Of a stretch of 64,000 bases of DNA, positions 26,096 through 40,770 are shown in pieces. The DNA lies in the NCBI RefSeq assembly GCF_001194135.2, contig NC_069004.1, forward strand, positions 2,018,934 to 2,082,933, read 5' to 3'. This stretch comes from Octopus bimaculoides (lineage: Eukaryota). The position numbers and the translations under genes are program-made. The first letter of the stretch is position 1; each line of letters opens with the position of its first letter. The notes under the pieces were generated by a model, which did not search any database, had not been told where the DNA came from, and saw only the letters and a list, made by a program, of their open reading frames with translations.

Positions 26096-26495
26096 AGGCA
26101 TGGCTGTGTGGTTATGAAGTTTTGGTTTGCAATCATGTGATTCCAGGTTCACTTCTACTACATGGCACTTTCGGGAAGTGTCTCATACAACAGCCTGAGT
26201 AGACCAATGTCTTGTGAGTGAAGTTGGTAGAAGGAAACTGTGTGGAAGCCTATCATATCGTGTGTGCGTGCATGTGTGTGTTTCTGTCTGTTTGTCCCCC
26301 ATATCTCACTTGACAACTGGTGTTGGTTTGTTTATAGCCCCATAACTGAGCAGCTTGGCAACAGAGACCAATAGGCTAAGTACCAGACTTTGAAAGAAAA
26401 TAAATAAGTACTGGGGGGTTGATTTATTTGACTAAACTCTTCAAGGTGACACTTCAGCACGGCTGCAGTCCAATGACTGCAGCAAGTAAAAGATA
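26096..26495 (+). repeat. Composite SINE, same family as 15237
   Basis: Same head, linker and tail. Confidence 0.85.
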
Positions 26496-27779
26496 AAAAG
26501 ATAAATATGGCTAACAAAATAATAACAAAAAAAACAAAAACAACAACTCTAAAACCAAAATAATATAAGATATTATGAACACCAATTTTGAGAGACAAAA
26601 GAGCAATTGGCACAACGAATGGAATCCAGACACACATATATAATAACTACTGCCTGCTAGTTGACATTACACCAAACAGAGTGTCTGTGATTCCCTCCTC
26701 CCAAATTACGCACTATACAAATGCTTTTCTTGGCTCATTTGCGGTTGCCGAATTTTCCTGTGGAGATAAAATATCAAAGAAAAAAGAAGAAAAAAAAAGG
26801 AAAGGAAAAGAAACATAACGAGAACACTAACCAATTCGAGAAGACGAGTGGCAGGCATAATAGAGGCGAATCAAATTATGAGGAAGCGCAAATTAGTATG
26901 TCATCAGGAAAGGAGATCTGTTGGTAAAAATTAAGCCTCTAACTTCTTTAACCCTCTATCTTTTATCTCTTCTGTTTGCTTTAGTCATTGGATGGCAGCC
27001 TTGATGGGGTGCTGCCTTGAAAGCTTCTAGTTGAACAGATCAACCCCCAGTGTATACTTTTCTATTAGTCTCCTTTCTCAAACCCACACTGGTTTGTCAA
27101 GTGGTGGTGGTGGTGGGACAAGCAATGGCCACCACATTCATAGCCTCTCCAATTATCTTAATTCCCATCCCATCTGACATTACATTCTCGTAACACATTT
27201 CTTTCATAATCCTTTCTCAACCTCACCCTAAATTTCAGATCTCCCTCTCTCACAAATCAATCACAGCTAACGCCATTCATAGATAGACTCCACAACACAC
27301 TCAAATAATCTATGCTTGGCATACATTCACGCTACATGCTGTACGTTAAATTTTCCAATTGCAAGCAGATTATTACCACCACCACCACCATCCCCATCAC
27401 CACACATCACTTTACTTCTGAAACTGTTCTCAATCAAATTCAAAAGCTGGGCTAAAAATCAGTTTATTTGTTAAGATTACTTGATGTATGCTTGTACATA
27501 TTAAAATGAACTCAGATAAGCATGTAAGCATGATATAAAAATGAAAAAAAAAAAAAAAAGGATTGATGTGAAATTACAAACCATCACTTATCTCAAAAGA
27601 AAAAAAACAAACATACAAAAGAACTAGAACTAAAACAAGATAAGAGTTCAATGCCTAAACAATGACATCTATAGAGTAGACTCAGCCATATATCAGAGAG
27701 GTCAACTGCCAAGACTTCTCTACCCCCACCCTGTTCCCTTTGTGTTGCTGCATGCAGACAATCAGCCAGGCTCTGCTTT

Positions 27780-28050
27780 TTGACGTTTGTCAGTTCACAT
27801 ACATCTTGCTTTCTTTACCTCTACAATTCCTGTCAGGATGGTCTTGGGCAGTGGCTCGAGGTGCAATGTGTGTCCAAAATAGGAGAGCTTTGTAGACTTA
27901 ATTCTCAACAAAAGGTGTCCTTGGACTTTTTGCTTTTCTAACACTTCAGTATTTGCTACCCTGTCTTCCCAGCTTCTTCTGTCCAATCTACAAAAGATCC
28001 ACACCTCAAAGGCCTTCCATCTTCTCCACTGCCGTGTGCATAGTCCAAGC
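27780..28050 (-). mobile_element. RTE-type LINE relic
   Basis: SWEDRVANTEVL...KLSYFGHTL...KTILTGIVE resembles the RTE post-RT region. Confidence 0.75.
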
Positions 28051-30799
28051 TTAAAATAATAAAATCCTCAATTTGATAAACAGGACAGAAATAAGGGGAG
28101 GAAAATCCAGATGTAAAACAATGTTTTATCATCGTCGTCGTCGTCATTGCTTTAACATTCCCTTATCCAGGTTTGCATGGGTTAGGGGGGAATTTGTTGA
28201 GGCAGGTTTTCTACAGCTGGAGGCTCATCCTGTTGCTAAACTTCATCTGTTTCTAAGCAAAGTAATATTTCCCCACAGCCAGACATATTTTTCACAGGAA
28301 GACTGGAAATGAACAAAACTGCTTGTCTGATTGTGATGCTCATTTACAACAATCATATGATGTCAAGACCAGAGGACACAGACACGGACATGGATGGACA
28401 GGGACACACACACACAAACAAGCTTCTTCCCCTTTTCATCTACCAAATCTACTCACAAGGCTTTAGTCATCCCAGGGATATAGCAGAAGACATTTGCCCA
28501 AGGTGCCACACAGTTGGGGCACCACCTTGAAGGACTTTAGTTGACCAAGTCAACCCTAGTACTTATCCTATTGGTCTCATACCAAACTGCTAAGTTATAG
28601 GATGTATACAAACCAACACTGGTTAAAGAATGTTGGAGGACAAACACACACACACACACAAAATGGGGTTTTTTTTTCACTTTCCAACAACCAAATCCAT
28701 TCACAAGTGGTGGTTGTGGTTGTGGTGGCTATAAGAGAAGACATTGTCCAAGGTACCACAAAGTGGGACTGAAAACCTGAAACCATGTGGCTGGGAAGTA
28801 GTCTTCTTACCACAAGGTCACGCCTGTAACTATTCTCTATAAATAGAGAATGAAAAGAAAGACCCGACAAAAGCTTCATAATTTAACCTGTAAGACTGTG
28901 TGGTCAGTATCTAATAGTTTTTTTTGTGACTAAAATAGTTCAGATGGCCTTATTTTCCGTTTGAAGCTATTTTAAAAATAAACTTTCCCAAAATAGAAAA
29001 TTAGGTGAAGAATAGTTCTCAAAACAACTTGCAGATCACAATTGTAAAAGAAAGCAGGTTTCTTTTTTTTTTTTTTTTTTTTTCTTTCCAAGAAATAACA
29101 CACTGATACATGAACACAAATCAGTATGATTATTATTATTATTATTATTAAACCTCAACACCTTATGTCTGTCTTTGTGTTGTCCCCCTCATCCTTCACC
29201 CCAATGGCAAATAAAAGAAATCATCATCATCATCATCAGTAGTAGTGGTTGTAGCCAAACACTTGTTTAGGTTTATTTCTCTTTCCCCCCAAATCGAAGA
29301 GGTATAGGGGTAGAGATATATGAAGCTACTACTACTACTACTACTACTACCAATCACAGAATCAGATATTTGTGTTATTATTAAGAGGCATTATTAATCC
29401 ACTTGTTTTAATCTGTCTAGCTGGAAAAACACACAAAGCTGATATTTTATCAATTGCTGGAGCTAACAGCAATTCATACCAAATAAGTACATTATCCAAT
29501 AAAATATCTTTCCCTTAGCCAAAGGGGGCTGATAGAGGCTCCACTCACTCAAGTACACATTTATGCCTAACTCCACCCCATCCCACCCCTTTTTTTTTTA
29601 ATAGAAAGCCGGTTGCTTCAAGAGAAGTTCTAACTCAAAACATTTAAGTACCATTTCATAGAAAACAACACAGCATATACTAAAAAGAAAACGAATATAA
29701 TGGTCTCAAGTTCATATTTCATGGCATATTTGAGCAGTAATCCATGCAATTTATTCACATCATGTTGTTGTTGGTTATCTAAGTCTAACATAATGAAACT
29801 GGAACTGATTATGAATCGTTTACAGACCATCTCGTTTAGGTGCAGACGTGCTATCTGATAAGAACATACCAAACAAGAGTGAGTGTATTAGTTACACTAC
29901 AACCATGTTCTATTATTCTGTTAGTTGTCTTAGCTGTTTGGTCTGAGGTCATAAGGGACACCACCCTGAAAGGCTTACTCCAGGGGTCTCCAAAGTGGTT
30001 GATATCAACCCCCTGGGACTATTCAAGGGGTCAATAAATGGGTTGAGTATTCCATGAATGGGTCGATGGTCTAAAAAGTTTGGGGACCCCTGGTTTACTC
30101 AGTCATTTTCAAGACACAGGAATGGCTGTGTGGTTTCAGAAGCTAGCTTCCCAACCATGTTGTCTCGGCCCTACTGTGCAGCACCTGTGTTATAACAGAA
30201 GCGTCTTCTATTATAGCACCAGGTCGACCAATGCCTTGCGAGTCGGAGTTGGTAAATGAAAACCGAAAGAAGCCTGTTGCACATGTGCATGTGCATGTGC
30301 AGGCATGGCTGCTATCATAAAAAAGTTTACTTCCCAACTGGTACTTATTTTGTCGCTTTTGCTGAACTGCTAAGTTACAGGGACATAACCAAACCAATAC
30401 TGATCGTCAAGTGGCGGTGGGGGACATACATATATACCTGATACACACATATACGATGAGCTTATATGCAGTTTCTGTCCACAGGGCATTGGTCAACCTG
30501 GACCTATAATAGAAGACAATTACCCAAGGTGCCATGCAATCGAATTGAACCCGAAACCATGCAGTTGCAAAAAGGCTTCTTAACTGCCCAGTCATAAAGA
30601 GAATAAAAATATTATTTACTAATTAAACTTTGTTTTTTAAATCAGACCTGATTCTTGAGACTATGGAACTATCAAATTTTTAAATACGTCAACACTTTAT
30701 GGTCAACTGAAACCTTTATTACTTTAGCTCTTGGTCTTCATGTTGAGTATTCTCCTTAAGCATGTGAAGTGGCAACTGTCCATTGTGTTTTCTTCCATT

Positions 30800-31275
30800 T
30801 TTGTCACTTCCTAGTTTTTACATCCGTAGAGTAATACTGGTTGGACCAATGTCTTGAACAGCTTCGGTTTTGTGTTTTGTGGCCCATAAACTTTGCTTCT
30901 TCATACCTTTGTCTGATTGTAGAATGCTTAAGGAGAATACTCGACATCAAGTGGCTGCAAAGAATCTGAAATGACACAACCGAGATGACAACAAGCATCA
31001 ACAGGATCAGTGACAAAGATTCAGATGCTGGAAATGGATCAGAAACGTCCTCAGGCAAGATCAAGAAAGCGATTCTATGGTGGCACTAAAGTGGCAGCCT
31101 GAGGGGAAAAGAGCATCGAGGCACCGTAAAACCACACGGTGAAGGATCATTGACAAGGAAAGGAGATGAGAAGAGTGAAGGAATTGGAATGAGACCAAAT
31201 GAATAGCGGAAAACAGAGCTGGTTGGAAAGATTATGTTGCAGCGTTATGTGCCTCATGGCATGGAGAGAACCAAC
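30800..31275 (+). mobile_element. RTE-type LINE 3' relic
   Basis: ALKWQPEGKRASRHRKTTR resembles ALxWxPEGKRxRGRPKTTW. Many stops. Confidence 0.6.
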
Positions 31276-33646
31276 TCACTTAGCTCATAACAGTATCAAG
31301 TTGTAGTTTCTGTAATGCTAGCTTACAATCTAACAGTCATTTTCTCAAGAGTAGATTTTCCATTGCACCAAATAATGTACCCTCCTGAAGCTTCTGCCAA
31401 CTTTTTATTAGTTATCCTGAAACGTGTACATCCTTGTCTCTGATGGGGGGGTTGGGTTCCAAAAATACATCATAAGAAATGAATCATCTCCACATATTTA
31501 GTAAATGGAATGAATGGTAGATTCATTCGACACCAAACTTGCCACCCATAGCAGCAAAACTTCTATCACATATTTTTCTTGATCATCTCAACATTTTCTT
31601 GTGAAGAATTCACTCATCTGCATCATTTTTGATGATCAGGAGCCTTAGAATTTTCCTGTTCCCTGATCCCAATGTTGATGGGTACAAGAAGATAAACCTG
31701 TATAAAAAGAAATACACGGCTTCACAGCACAGTAAACACAAGAGATATAATCAATGCGTTCTGGTTAACCAAGCACTATGGGTGCTCAGTGAGGCACATT
31801 TCTGCAGAATAAGCAGAATCTTTGACCGATCATTGACCCATGTTACCACAGACCAATCTGTGATCAGGGTAACATGGATCACAACTGAGTATTCCATGTT
31901 ATCCCAATTCAGAGATGAATGAATCAGTAATAAACTAGGCTACATGTAGTAGTAATTGTTGTTAAGACACGTCTACCTTGATCAAAGAAATTACAATCCT
32001 GTCTACATTATCCAATGTACCTTTCCATCCCTATTTGAAGGGTCATAGGTGCAGGCACAGCCTTTAGGCACTGACGCAGCTGTGTGGTTAAGAAGCTTGC
32101 TTCCCAACCATAGAGTTTTAGGTTCAGTTCCACTGAGCAGCACTTTTGGAAAATATCTTCTACTATAACCTTGGGCCAACTAAAGCCTTGTTAGTGAATT
32201 TGAGTACAATTTTATTTTATTTTTAATTAAAATAAAAGATAAGCACCACAACTCTTAGACATGATATAACAGGAATTAAAGAGTTGAAACAAGTGTGAAT
32301 CCATTTTGGCTGAGTCTGACCATGTGACAAGAGTGATGGGATAATTTTAATCCACTGACAGATAACCACTATGGATGTCCTTGTAGGGCACATGATCTTC
32401 ACGAGAAAACATCTTCACCAGGCTTTGTCTCTCGAAAACAGCTCAGCAGCAGCAGTCGGTTGACACAAATAAATAAATTAACAAATATCCCACCTGTAGT
32501 TCAAATTCATTTCTTCTCTGCCCCCCTTGTTATCAGTAACCAGTGAAATCCAGTTGCTTTCTCTTCATCCTGGCAAGATATGATTGCTTTGAGATTTTTT
32601 TTTTTTTTCACAGAAAATGTATTTTTTGAAATTTATGTAAAATTTATGTGAAATCCATAGCATGAAATTTATTATTTTAAAATAAATGACATGAATGCCA
32701 ATGTAGAACAAAACAAATTATATAACACCAAGTTCTAGTGTCAACTTTCATCAAAACCTAGAATGTATAAATCCTATTTGTATGCCATGTTCCATACTAA
32801 AATAGTTCCCTCATCTGCACACATCATCCAATCTCTTTCATATCAACCATTTTCTCATTATTGTGTAAATTTGAAATGATTATCAAACTAGATCATACCC
32901 TGTGCTTTCCTAATCTATAGCTACAGACTGTCTGCAATTTCATTATATATATAAATATATATATAGTAAAGCTTATTTGCCAACAGAATGTGGTGGTCCT
33001 ATAAAGGACGATGTTACTGTTGTTTAAGCCCCAGGAAAACATCTTTTCCAGCTTCCTGTCAACACAGTCTGTGTCCGTATAGCTTGCGAGGGAGGTCATC
33101 ACTCCCATCTCCAGCCTTACGTGATACTCACAGACCATGGTTTTTGGGTGGTTACCCGTCCTCCGTGTGAGATAATCATATATATATAGAGAGAGATAGC
33201 GATAGAGAGAGCAAAATCATTATTACTTTAACAGCCTATATTTCAAATATTGAACTTGTATTTTATATCTATCTTGATTAGGCAGTAATCTCATCGTTGG
33301 TTATTAGTAAACAATAAATAGCTCAGATCCTATCCCCGTATCAACATATTGTTAGTTATCTGAGCAGCACTTGCCTTGGTGTACCTAGGTGTTGAGAATA
33401 AACACAATAGTATCTAAGATAGACTGTTGTCCAATCAAAACAGAGATTTTTTTTTTCCTATCATTTAACACCACAAACCAGTTAGTCACCAACTTTGTGA
33501 ATGCATTTTAAAACATTTAATCACTAAAAATACAAAATAAAAGGTTGGTAAACCGAAAGGTTATAAATCTCAGAACTTACTCCGGGATAGACAAACAATC
33601 GTCTTTGGACCCTATTGTCAATGAAACTTGCGGAGTAACTTGTCAC

Positions 33647-33678
<32 letters not shown>

Positions 33679-36600
33679 ATGCTTCATCAGATCTACTTAA
33701 TTGCTTAACAGCACAATGAGCTACTACTGCTGCTCTCATTAACAAGTTTATCAACACTGACTGCAAGCATTATGCTGGCTTGCCACCGAACAACCACTCC
33801 TCAGAATAACATTTCTCATTACAACATTCAGCTTAACAATTTATTAGTGTTTATGCTATAATAAATTTGCGTAACTAGTTCTCACTTGTGTTAATTGCTA
33901 CAATGGCAAGAGAGCCCGGACCTAATACGGATTCAATTTGGAGATACAAATGTCCCCAAACCATATTAAGATTTAAATTAGGCAACCACTCATGGCCCCG
34001 CCTAAAATCATAGGGGTTTTTCTCCACCCCACCACACCCCTCTAAATCTTCGTGGATCAAGTTGCATGCTGTGGTGACTAGGGTGACCTATTTACAACAC
34101 AAAGAATATTATTAGGGGAATGTTGCTAGAGTAATATATACCTCCCTTTACTCACAGGTAAAAAGAAGCTTCTATTGCATAAATTGACAGATTGCAAAAC
34201 CAATACCCCCCACCTTTACTAGGTTACAACAGTTTAGTGAATATACACACGATGTACATACGCAGATACTGTAACAGATAGTGAGAGCTGCATAAATGGA
34301 CGGCAATTTCTATAGACATACCTAATTGTCATGGAAACTAATGTAACAAACCCTAAACACTCCCCATTTACAAATACAGACAGAAACTTGTCTACACATT
34401 CCATAACAGACAAGAGACTTGTCTATACAGCACATAACAGGTTTGAGACCTGTATACACACCCCACAGCAGAGAAAACCCTGCAGTGTTTTTAGTAAAGA
34501 TCCTTTTGTTGCAAGTATTCTGACTAGGCGTCTACTTTGGTGATGACTGTCAATGCACTGCTTCCAACTGAAGGTTGCCTGGTGAAATGCTACTGTTTAC
34601 CAGAGGGTACAGGAAGAAAATGTTTTCCAGCAGAAACTTGCTGCCAGGTGGAGTAAACACCGATACCTGTAGCTGATTCTTTGGGAACCTGCCCTATTAA
34701 CTGGCACAGAATTCTATATCCATGACTGCCTCAGCAATAACTGGTTTTGAGAAACCCACTTACAACCACTGATTTAAAATTGGATTACTTAAAAGGGATC
34801 AAAATAATGGTGACAGCTTTCCTCTTTTTCTGAAGCAATTCAAAACAATGAAGTCAAATTGTCAACATCATTTTAACATCCACTATCCAAGCTTGCATGG
34901 GTGGGACAGAATGTCGAGGAGGATTTTCTATGGCTGGACGCCCTTCCTGTTGCTCATCCTCATCTGTTTGCAACTAAGGTAAATATTTCTCCCATGACCT
35001 GATATGTTTTCACAGAAGATTGGAAACAAAAGGCACCTAATGCAGATATTGTCATCAGAATGCAAGTAACTGAAACAAACAGTGCCGGACATTGATCTAA
35101 TGCTCTTATAGTTCTGCCAATCCAACCACTATAATTTCATACATTTTAATCACCTCCAGAAGGATGATAGGCAAAGATAAACAGAGCAGGATTTGAACTC
35201 AGATTACAGAGTACAAACAAATATCACAAGACATTCTATCTGACACTAACAAATCTCATACCTTCTGGTATCCAACAATTACAAACAGCACAAACATTTG
35301 TAGGATCTCGTTACAATAACTATTTAGCCACACCTTTTTAATTTTACCTGCACATGGAGCTACATAAGAAAGCTGAGACACTGTGAAAGAACAAGTCATA
35401 TAGCTGGAAATGACGTGAAAACTTGAAGCATGAAAATATTGGAACCATTCCAGCAATATCCTGTATCACACTATCATCATTGTTTTTTATGTCCATTTTC
35501 CCAAGCTGGCATGGGTTAGACCCGTTCCAACAACTTGTAACTGGCAGGACTTCCTGAATGACAAGCCTAATGAAAAATTATCATGAACTGTTTTAGTGTT
35601 TTAATAACACACCTTGTCTGATGATGAGCCATATCTCATGTGGCCCACTTCTCAAAAAAAGTTGCTTGTGTTTAGGCTAGACAAAACTTATGAAGATAGA
35701 TCTACAACTAGATGTGCTTTTTATCATAAACCTCCATTTGTTTTACAAGTCAGGCATTTTCAATCAACTACTCCTTACACATTCACTTAAGTATAAGACA
35801 TTTATTTATTTACTATAGAATTTAAACATCACTTTCCAACCTGTACCCCAACCCTTATTTTTTTTTTGCATAAGCAGTGTAATACATGAAAACCTGTTAA
35901 ATCGACATTCTTTGGTCCAGGGAACAAAACTACAATCTTACAATCATGAGTCCAGTACTCTAACCACTAAGCCATGTGCCTCCACTAATTAACATTTATA
36001 AATTACTTTTATAATTATTAAGGAGACAAGCTGGAAGAACTGAGCTTTAGTAGAAAATGCTTGCCCAAAGTGCCATACAACAGGGCTGAACCTGAAACCA
36101 TGTGGTTGCAAAAGAAAGCTTCTTAACCACACGGCCACTGATGACAGAAACAAAAAGAAAAAAAAGTTCTAAGTTTCCTATAAATAAATGGAAACTAGTT
36201 TTGTAACACAAAAGAAATCAGGTACCACTAATTGAAATGAAACCATAGTCTCTTCTTTTGAACTATTAACGATGGCAACAATATGACCAACAACAACAAC
36301 AGTATGTTAATCAGGTGCTAATTTGAAAGCTTATCTTGACAAGCTATTCTGGTTTCTTTACACATCAAGTAAGGCAAAGAAAACACACCGAGAAACCAGA
36401 TTGAAAAGGTCAACGTAGAAATAACAGTGGTCTACTTCTGAAAAGAAGGGGAGGAAGGGGAGATGTCTCTCTGAACATTCCGGATATTATAAAACTGAAT
36501 GTCATTGTTGTGAATCATTGAACAAAAGTCGATTTAACAGTCCAATGAGCAACACAGGAATTAATAGAACAACACTATCATACTTAGAAAAAACTTGATA

Positions 36601-38319
36601 CTTGAAAGCGACATAGCTTCAGTCGAATTTTGTTTAGCTGAAGACGAGAAAATGTATCTTCCAAGAAAGTCATTTGTTTCACTATGAAATGACCAAGACC
36701 TCTATAAGGAATCTGTCTGCTGCAGAAAATGGTTCTGCATTTTTTTAAGACAAAGAAATGGCATTAATGGAAAAGATTAATCTGCCATATCATTGTTGTT
36801 GTTTAACTTTTTTATCTTTTATGTGTTCCAGTCATTAGACTGCGGCCATGCTGGAGCACTGCCTCAACCTTTTAGATGAACAAATGAATCAACCTTAGTA
36901 CTTCTTTATTAAACCTGATACTTATTCTGTTGGTCTTTTTGCTGAACCAACCACACCCAGTCCAAATATTCTATTTATTTTATGTTCAAACTAGCTGAGT
37001 CTGGCTTCTCATACCTGCTCTACAATGTCATTCCATAAATAAATTAATCCCATCATCGAAATCTTGAAGCTACAAAATAATGTATGATTTATTTAAAACA
37101 ATATGAATACATAAACATTACATTCAACAGAGTAAGCTGAATGCTAAAGGGTCGGCACATTTTGGCTGAGTATCCTACAGACACATGTACCTTTAATGTA
37201 TTTCTCAGACCAAATCAGCAAGACATCAATATTACAAGGCCAGGGCTTTATCTAACTCTTTGGCATTCAAATTACTCTGTCAAACGCAATACTTATTTAT
37301 TCACATCGCTTTGAATTAATCATGCATTATCTCGTAGCTTTGAGAGTTTGATGATGTGAATTGTTTATTTTTAGAATGACATTGTGGCTGTGAAGGGTTA
37401 GATCGTGACAGTTTGAACAATAAAACAAGTAGAATATTTGGGCTGGGTATGTCCAGTGTAAATGCTAAAAGGTTAATTTACAGGTAAAATCCAAAGAAAA
37501 AGGTAAGAGATAGAAGAATCAATCCTATTACTGGACCAATATTCTATTTTTCAAGACAAAGATGACCTTGGCAAGATCAGAACTCTTTGTACTTTGTGTT
37601 AAAATTCTGGAGGCAATTCTTTCACTCCTTCTTCTACAATATCTCAGCCCAGTTTCACCAATGTTATACTAACCCATTTCTATTCATTCATTTCACAAAC
37701 CAACCAACCAACCAACTGAAGCATGAAAGACTAATGTGTTTCTTTGTATTCTGGTTAACTGTAGTGCTTTTGTTATAGCCATGTGAATGACAACTCTATT
37801 CACACACGCAGCTTATATAAATTTTACTCCAGTTTCTTATACTGGAAGACACTATATCATACAACAGGTTTTGCTCTGGCATTTTCTTCTTTTTGTTTCA
37901 ATCAGATCGGTCTCTCACCAACTTTTCTGAGACACAAAACTCTTTGACAGTTCCAGGATTTCCACACTCTTCAGCATCAATCTCTCACTCTGCCATTAAT
38001 GCTTGTAGTTTTGCCATTTTTTTTTTCTGTTGGAAACCGAATTAAATTTTCTAAAACATTTCTGCCGACAAATCTGTGCATAAACAAGGAAGAGGTTTAT
38101 GAGTAATATACAGACATACAAAACCTGTTTAAGCAATCAAATATCATTTCATATCTGACATCACAGGTATAGTCCCAGGGATTTTTTGAAGGGAGGACAC
38201 AAGGTCAGAAGGAAATACAATTCCTGGAGAAAAAGGCATAATATTATTTAGAAGGGCACACTTCTTTTCTTGAGGGGGAGGGTACGTGCTCTTCAGCCAC
38301 CCCCCTGTTTGAAAGTGAT

Positions 38320-38900
38320 AAAAATCAAACATCCAGTCAACATCGTGGTGTTTGGGGTAGTCACTAGTGATGGCGACGTTTTGCCTCCAGTCATCTTCCC
38401 ACACAGCCTCAGACTTAACACGTGTTTGGGGATAGTGCTGTCCTGGGTCAAGAGGGTGGCTGCTGGAAGACCCTATGTCTGGCCACAGGACTCTGCACCA
38501 TGCCACACAAGCAGGAGAATCCAGTCGTGGCTGTCAGACAATTTCTGTGACCACATCGCTCTTAACTCCCCAGACTGCAACGCCCTTCGTTATTATGTGT
38601 GGGGCGCAGTTGAGGGAGAGACCAACAAAACTCCTTGCAACACCAAAGATGAACTGAAGGCAAGGATTATGGCAGCATTCACCAACTTAAACAAGGAGAC
38701 CGTCCAGAAGAGTTGCAGGAGATTCTGAAGTCGTCTGGAGACTGTGGTTGAAGCTAATGGCAATTTTATTGAATAAATTTACTCTTTAGTATTTCAAGAT
38801 ATTTTTTATGTAACTTTGGTAAAGATATGTTAAAATAAAATGTCAGTGTTATTTCCATTTTTGCATAATTTAGACGACAATTTATTCACCGCACCCTATA
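38320..38900 (+). mobile_element. Tc1/mariner superfamily relic (maT/DD37D-like), 3' part
   Basis: VFGVVTSDGDV, YVWPQDSAPCHTS, NSPDCNALRYYVWG, TKDELKARI, CRRF*SRLETVVEANGNFIE*. Internal deletions and a premature stop. Ends in CACCCTATA, like a right TIR. Confidence 0.85.
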
Positions 38901-40369
38901 TATGTGTGTGAGAGAGAGTGTGTGTTTGTTTTTTACCCCACCATTGCCTGACAACCAGTGTTGGTTTGTTTACATCCCTGTAACTTAGCAGTTTGGTAAA
39001 TGAGACCAATAAAATATGCATCAGACTTCCAAAATAAGTACTGAAGTCAAAGTAGTGCCCCAGCATGACCAAAGTCCAACTAAAACAAGTAAAATATGAC
39101 AGATAGATTTGACTTAAAATTTTTTAAAAAACCACGACCTAAATCCTTTTTCTAGACAACAAGGATCACAAAGTACAGGAAATTTTAAAATGATTAGCTT
39201 TGATTTCAATCACGAGATTAATTTTTTGGTTTTTTTTTCGCATATTAATATGAATGCAAGGTTCAAGGATTCATTTTATTGTGACATATTTAAACGGCAA
39301 TTTAATCTATGTAACGAAGCTATCAAGCAGAGCAGTTTGAAAAATTAATTCATTTCAAAAATACTTGTTATTAGAATTGACAATGCAATTGACGATGTTG
39401 ACATTTCTGTCCTGGCCTAGTCTAAAGACTTACTTGAATTCAGCAAATTTAAGACCCCGTGAAAACTGTGAGATGGCAGTGAGTATGATGCACTGGAAAA
39501 TTTATACATTTCTCTCAACAAATATTTCCAATTATAATTCATTAATTGAACACAACCGACATAAATACTTTCCCTCTCTTCATACGAAAAAGACAAAGAT
39601 ACTCACTCTGATAAAGAGAGAAACATTAAAATGTGTGATGTCAAATAAGTCCGTGTTGAATCAGCAACAACAGATAGGCAGAGCCAAGAAAATCTCATAC
39701 TCCAGAGGCCATCATAATACTACCAGTAAAACAAGCAGAGAGAAGAAAGAGTACCATCTGTGAGCTACTTATTGAAACATGTTGGTGACTGAATCTTTGC
39801 CAATCGGTAGGGTGGTCTTCTTTTGGATGCAGTCTAAGGTGTCTCTTTTCTGTCTATGCATAGCAGCAACATCTTTCAGTACAACTACACTTTCACTCGA
39901 CGTCTGATAATTCAGTTTTTCGTTTGACATTTAACAATTTTGCTATTCTATACTTCGCTTTCTTATTTTTTTCTTTTGCTTTATGCTTTATGTTTATGTG
40001 GTATTTGTAGTCGTTGCACCTCGTAGAAAGAACAGCCAAATCTCCCTCAACAAATAGTAAAAAAATGAAGTCACTAACCACGCCCTCTTTCTTTTCTTTG
40101 ATACAACTGACTTTAATTTCATTTGTATTTGGTTATTTTTCAAATAAACCCCCCCCCCCCAACAGACTAGCACCTGAGTACCACAAAAGAAGATAAACCG
40201 AGGCTTTGCAATGCTAGGACAGATTTGTACAAGTACACAGCAATGTAAATGAAAGCAAACAGACTATAAAGTGTGACAAGAATTAGAATCTACTTCCAGA
40301 AATAAAAGTAAAGGCCACTTCTATCATAGTTCAACATATAAGATGAGTGAAAGGGGGAGGGGTATTGAT

Positions 40370-40770
40370 GATGAGGTCCAAGATCTCTACCAAAAGACTC
40401 AAGGGTGGCTATGGGGTCTACTGTAGGCCCTAATTACACAAACCTGCTTGTTAGTCATGTTCAAACCCAAATCTTCCAATTCACTGGATCCAACCTACAG
40501 CCACAGTGGTTACCTTGCTGGTCGTATCAACATCAACTCTCTTACAGCTCAATTCCTTCATCATTTCCATCAACCCTTCCAACCTGGCCCTACACTTCAA
40601 CCCCATCATCTTCATCACCTGAACATCTCTATTTCTCTGGACCACACCATCCTCTCCGTGTCCGTCTTTTATCTGCTGAGCCCCTATTCTTCCTTTGACT
40701 TCACTTCTTTCCATTCCACTCATGCCAAATCTAACCATCACCTATTCCCCTACTTCTTCCTTTCTAAGCC
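40370..40770 (+). mobile_element. Penelope-like retroelement RT fragment
   Basis: AMGSTVGPNYTNL resembles the PLE motif G-x-AMG-x3-P-x-YANL. Downstream SVFY...DFTSFHSTHAKS matches the PLE post-RT region. Frameshifted. Confidence 0.7.
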
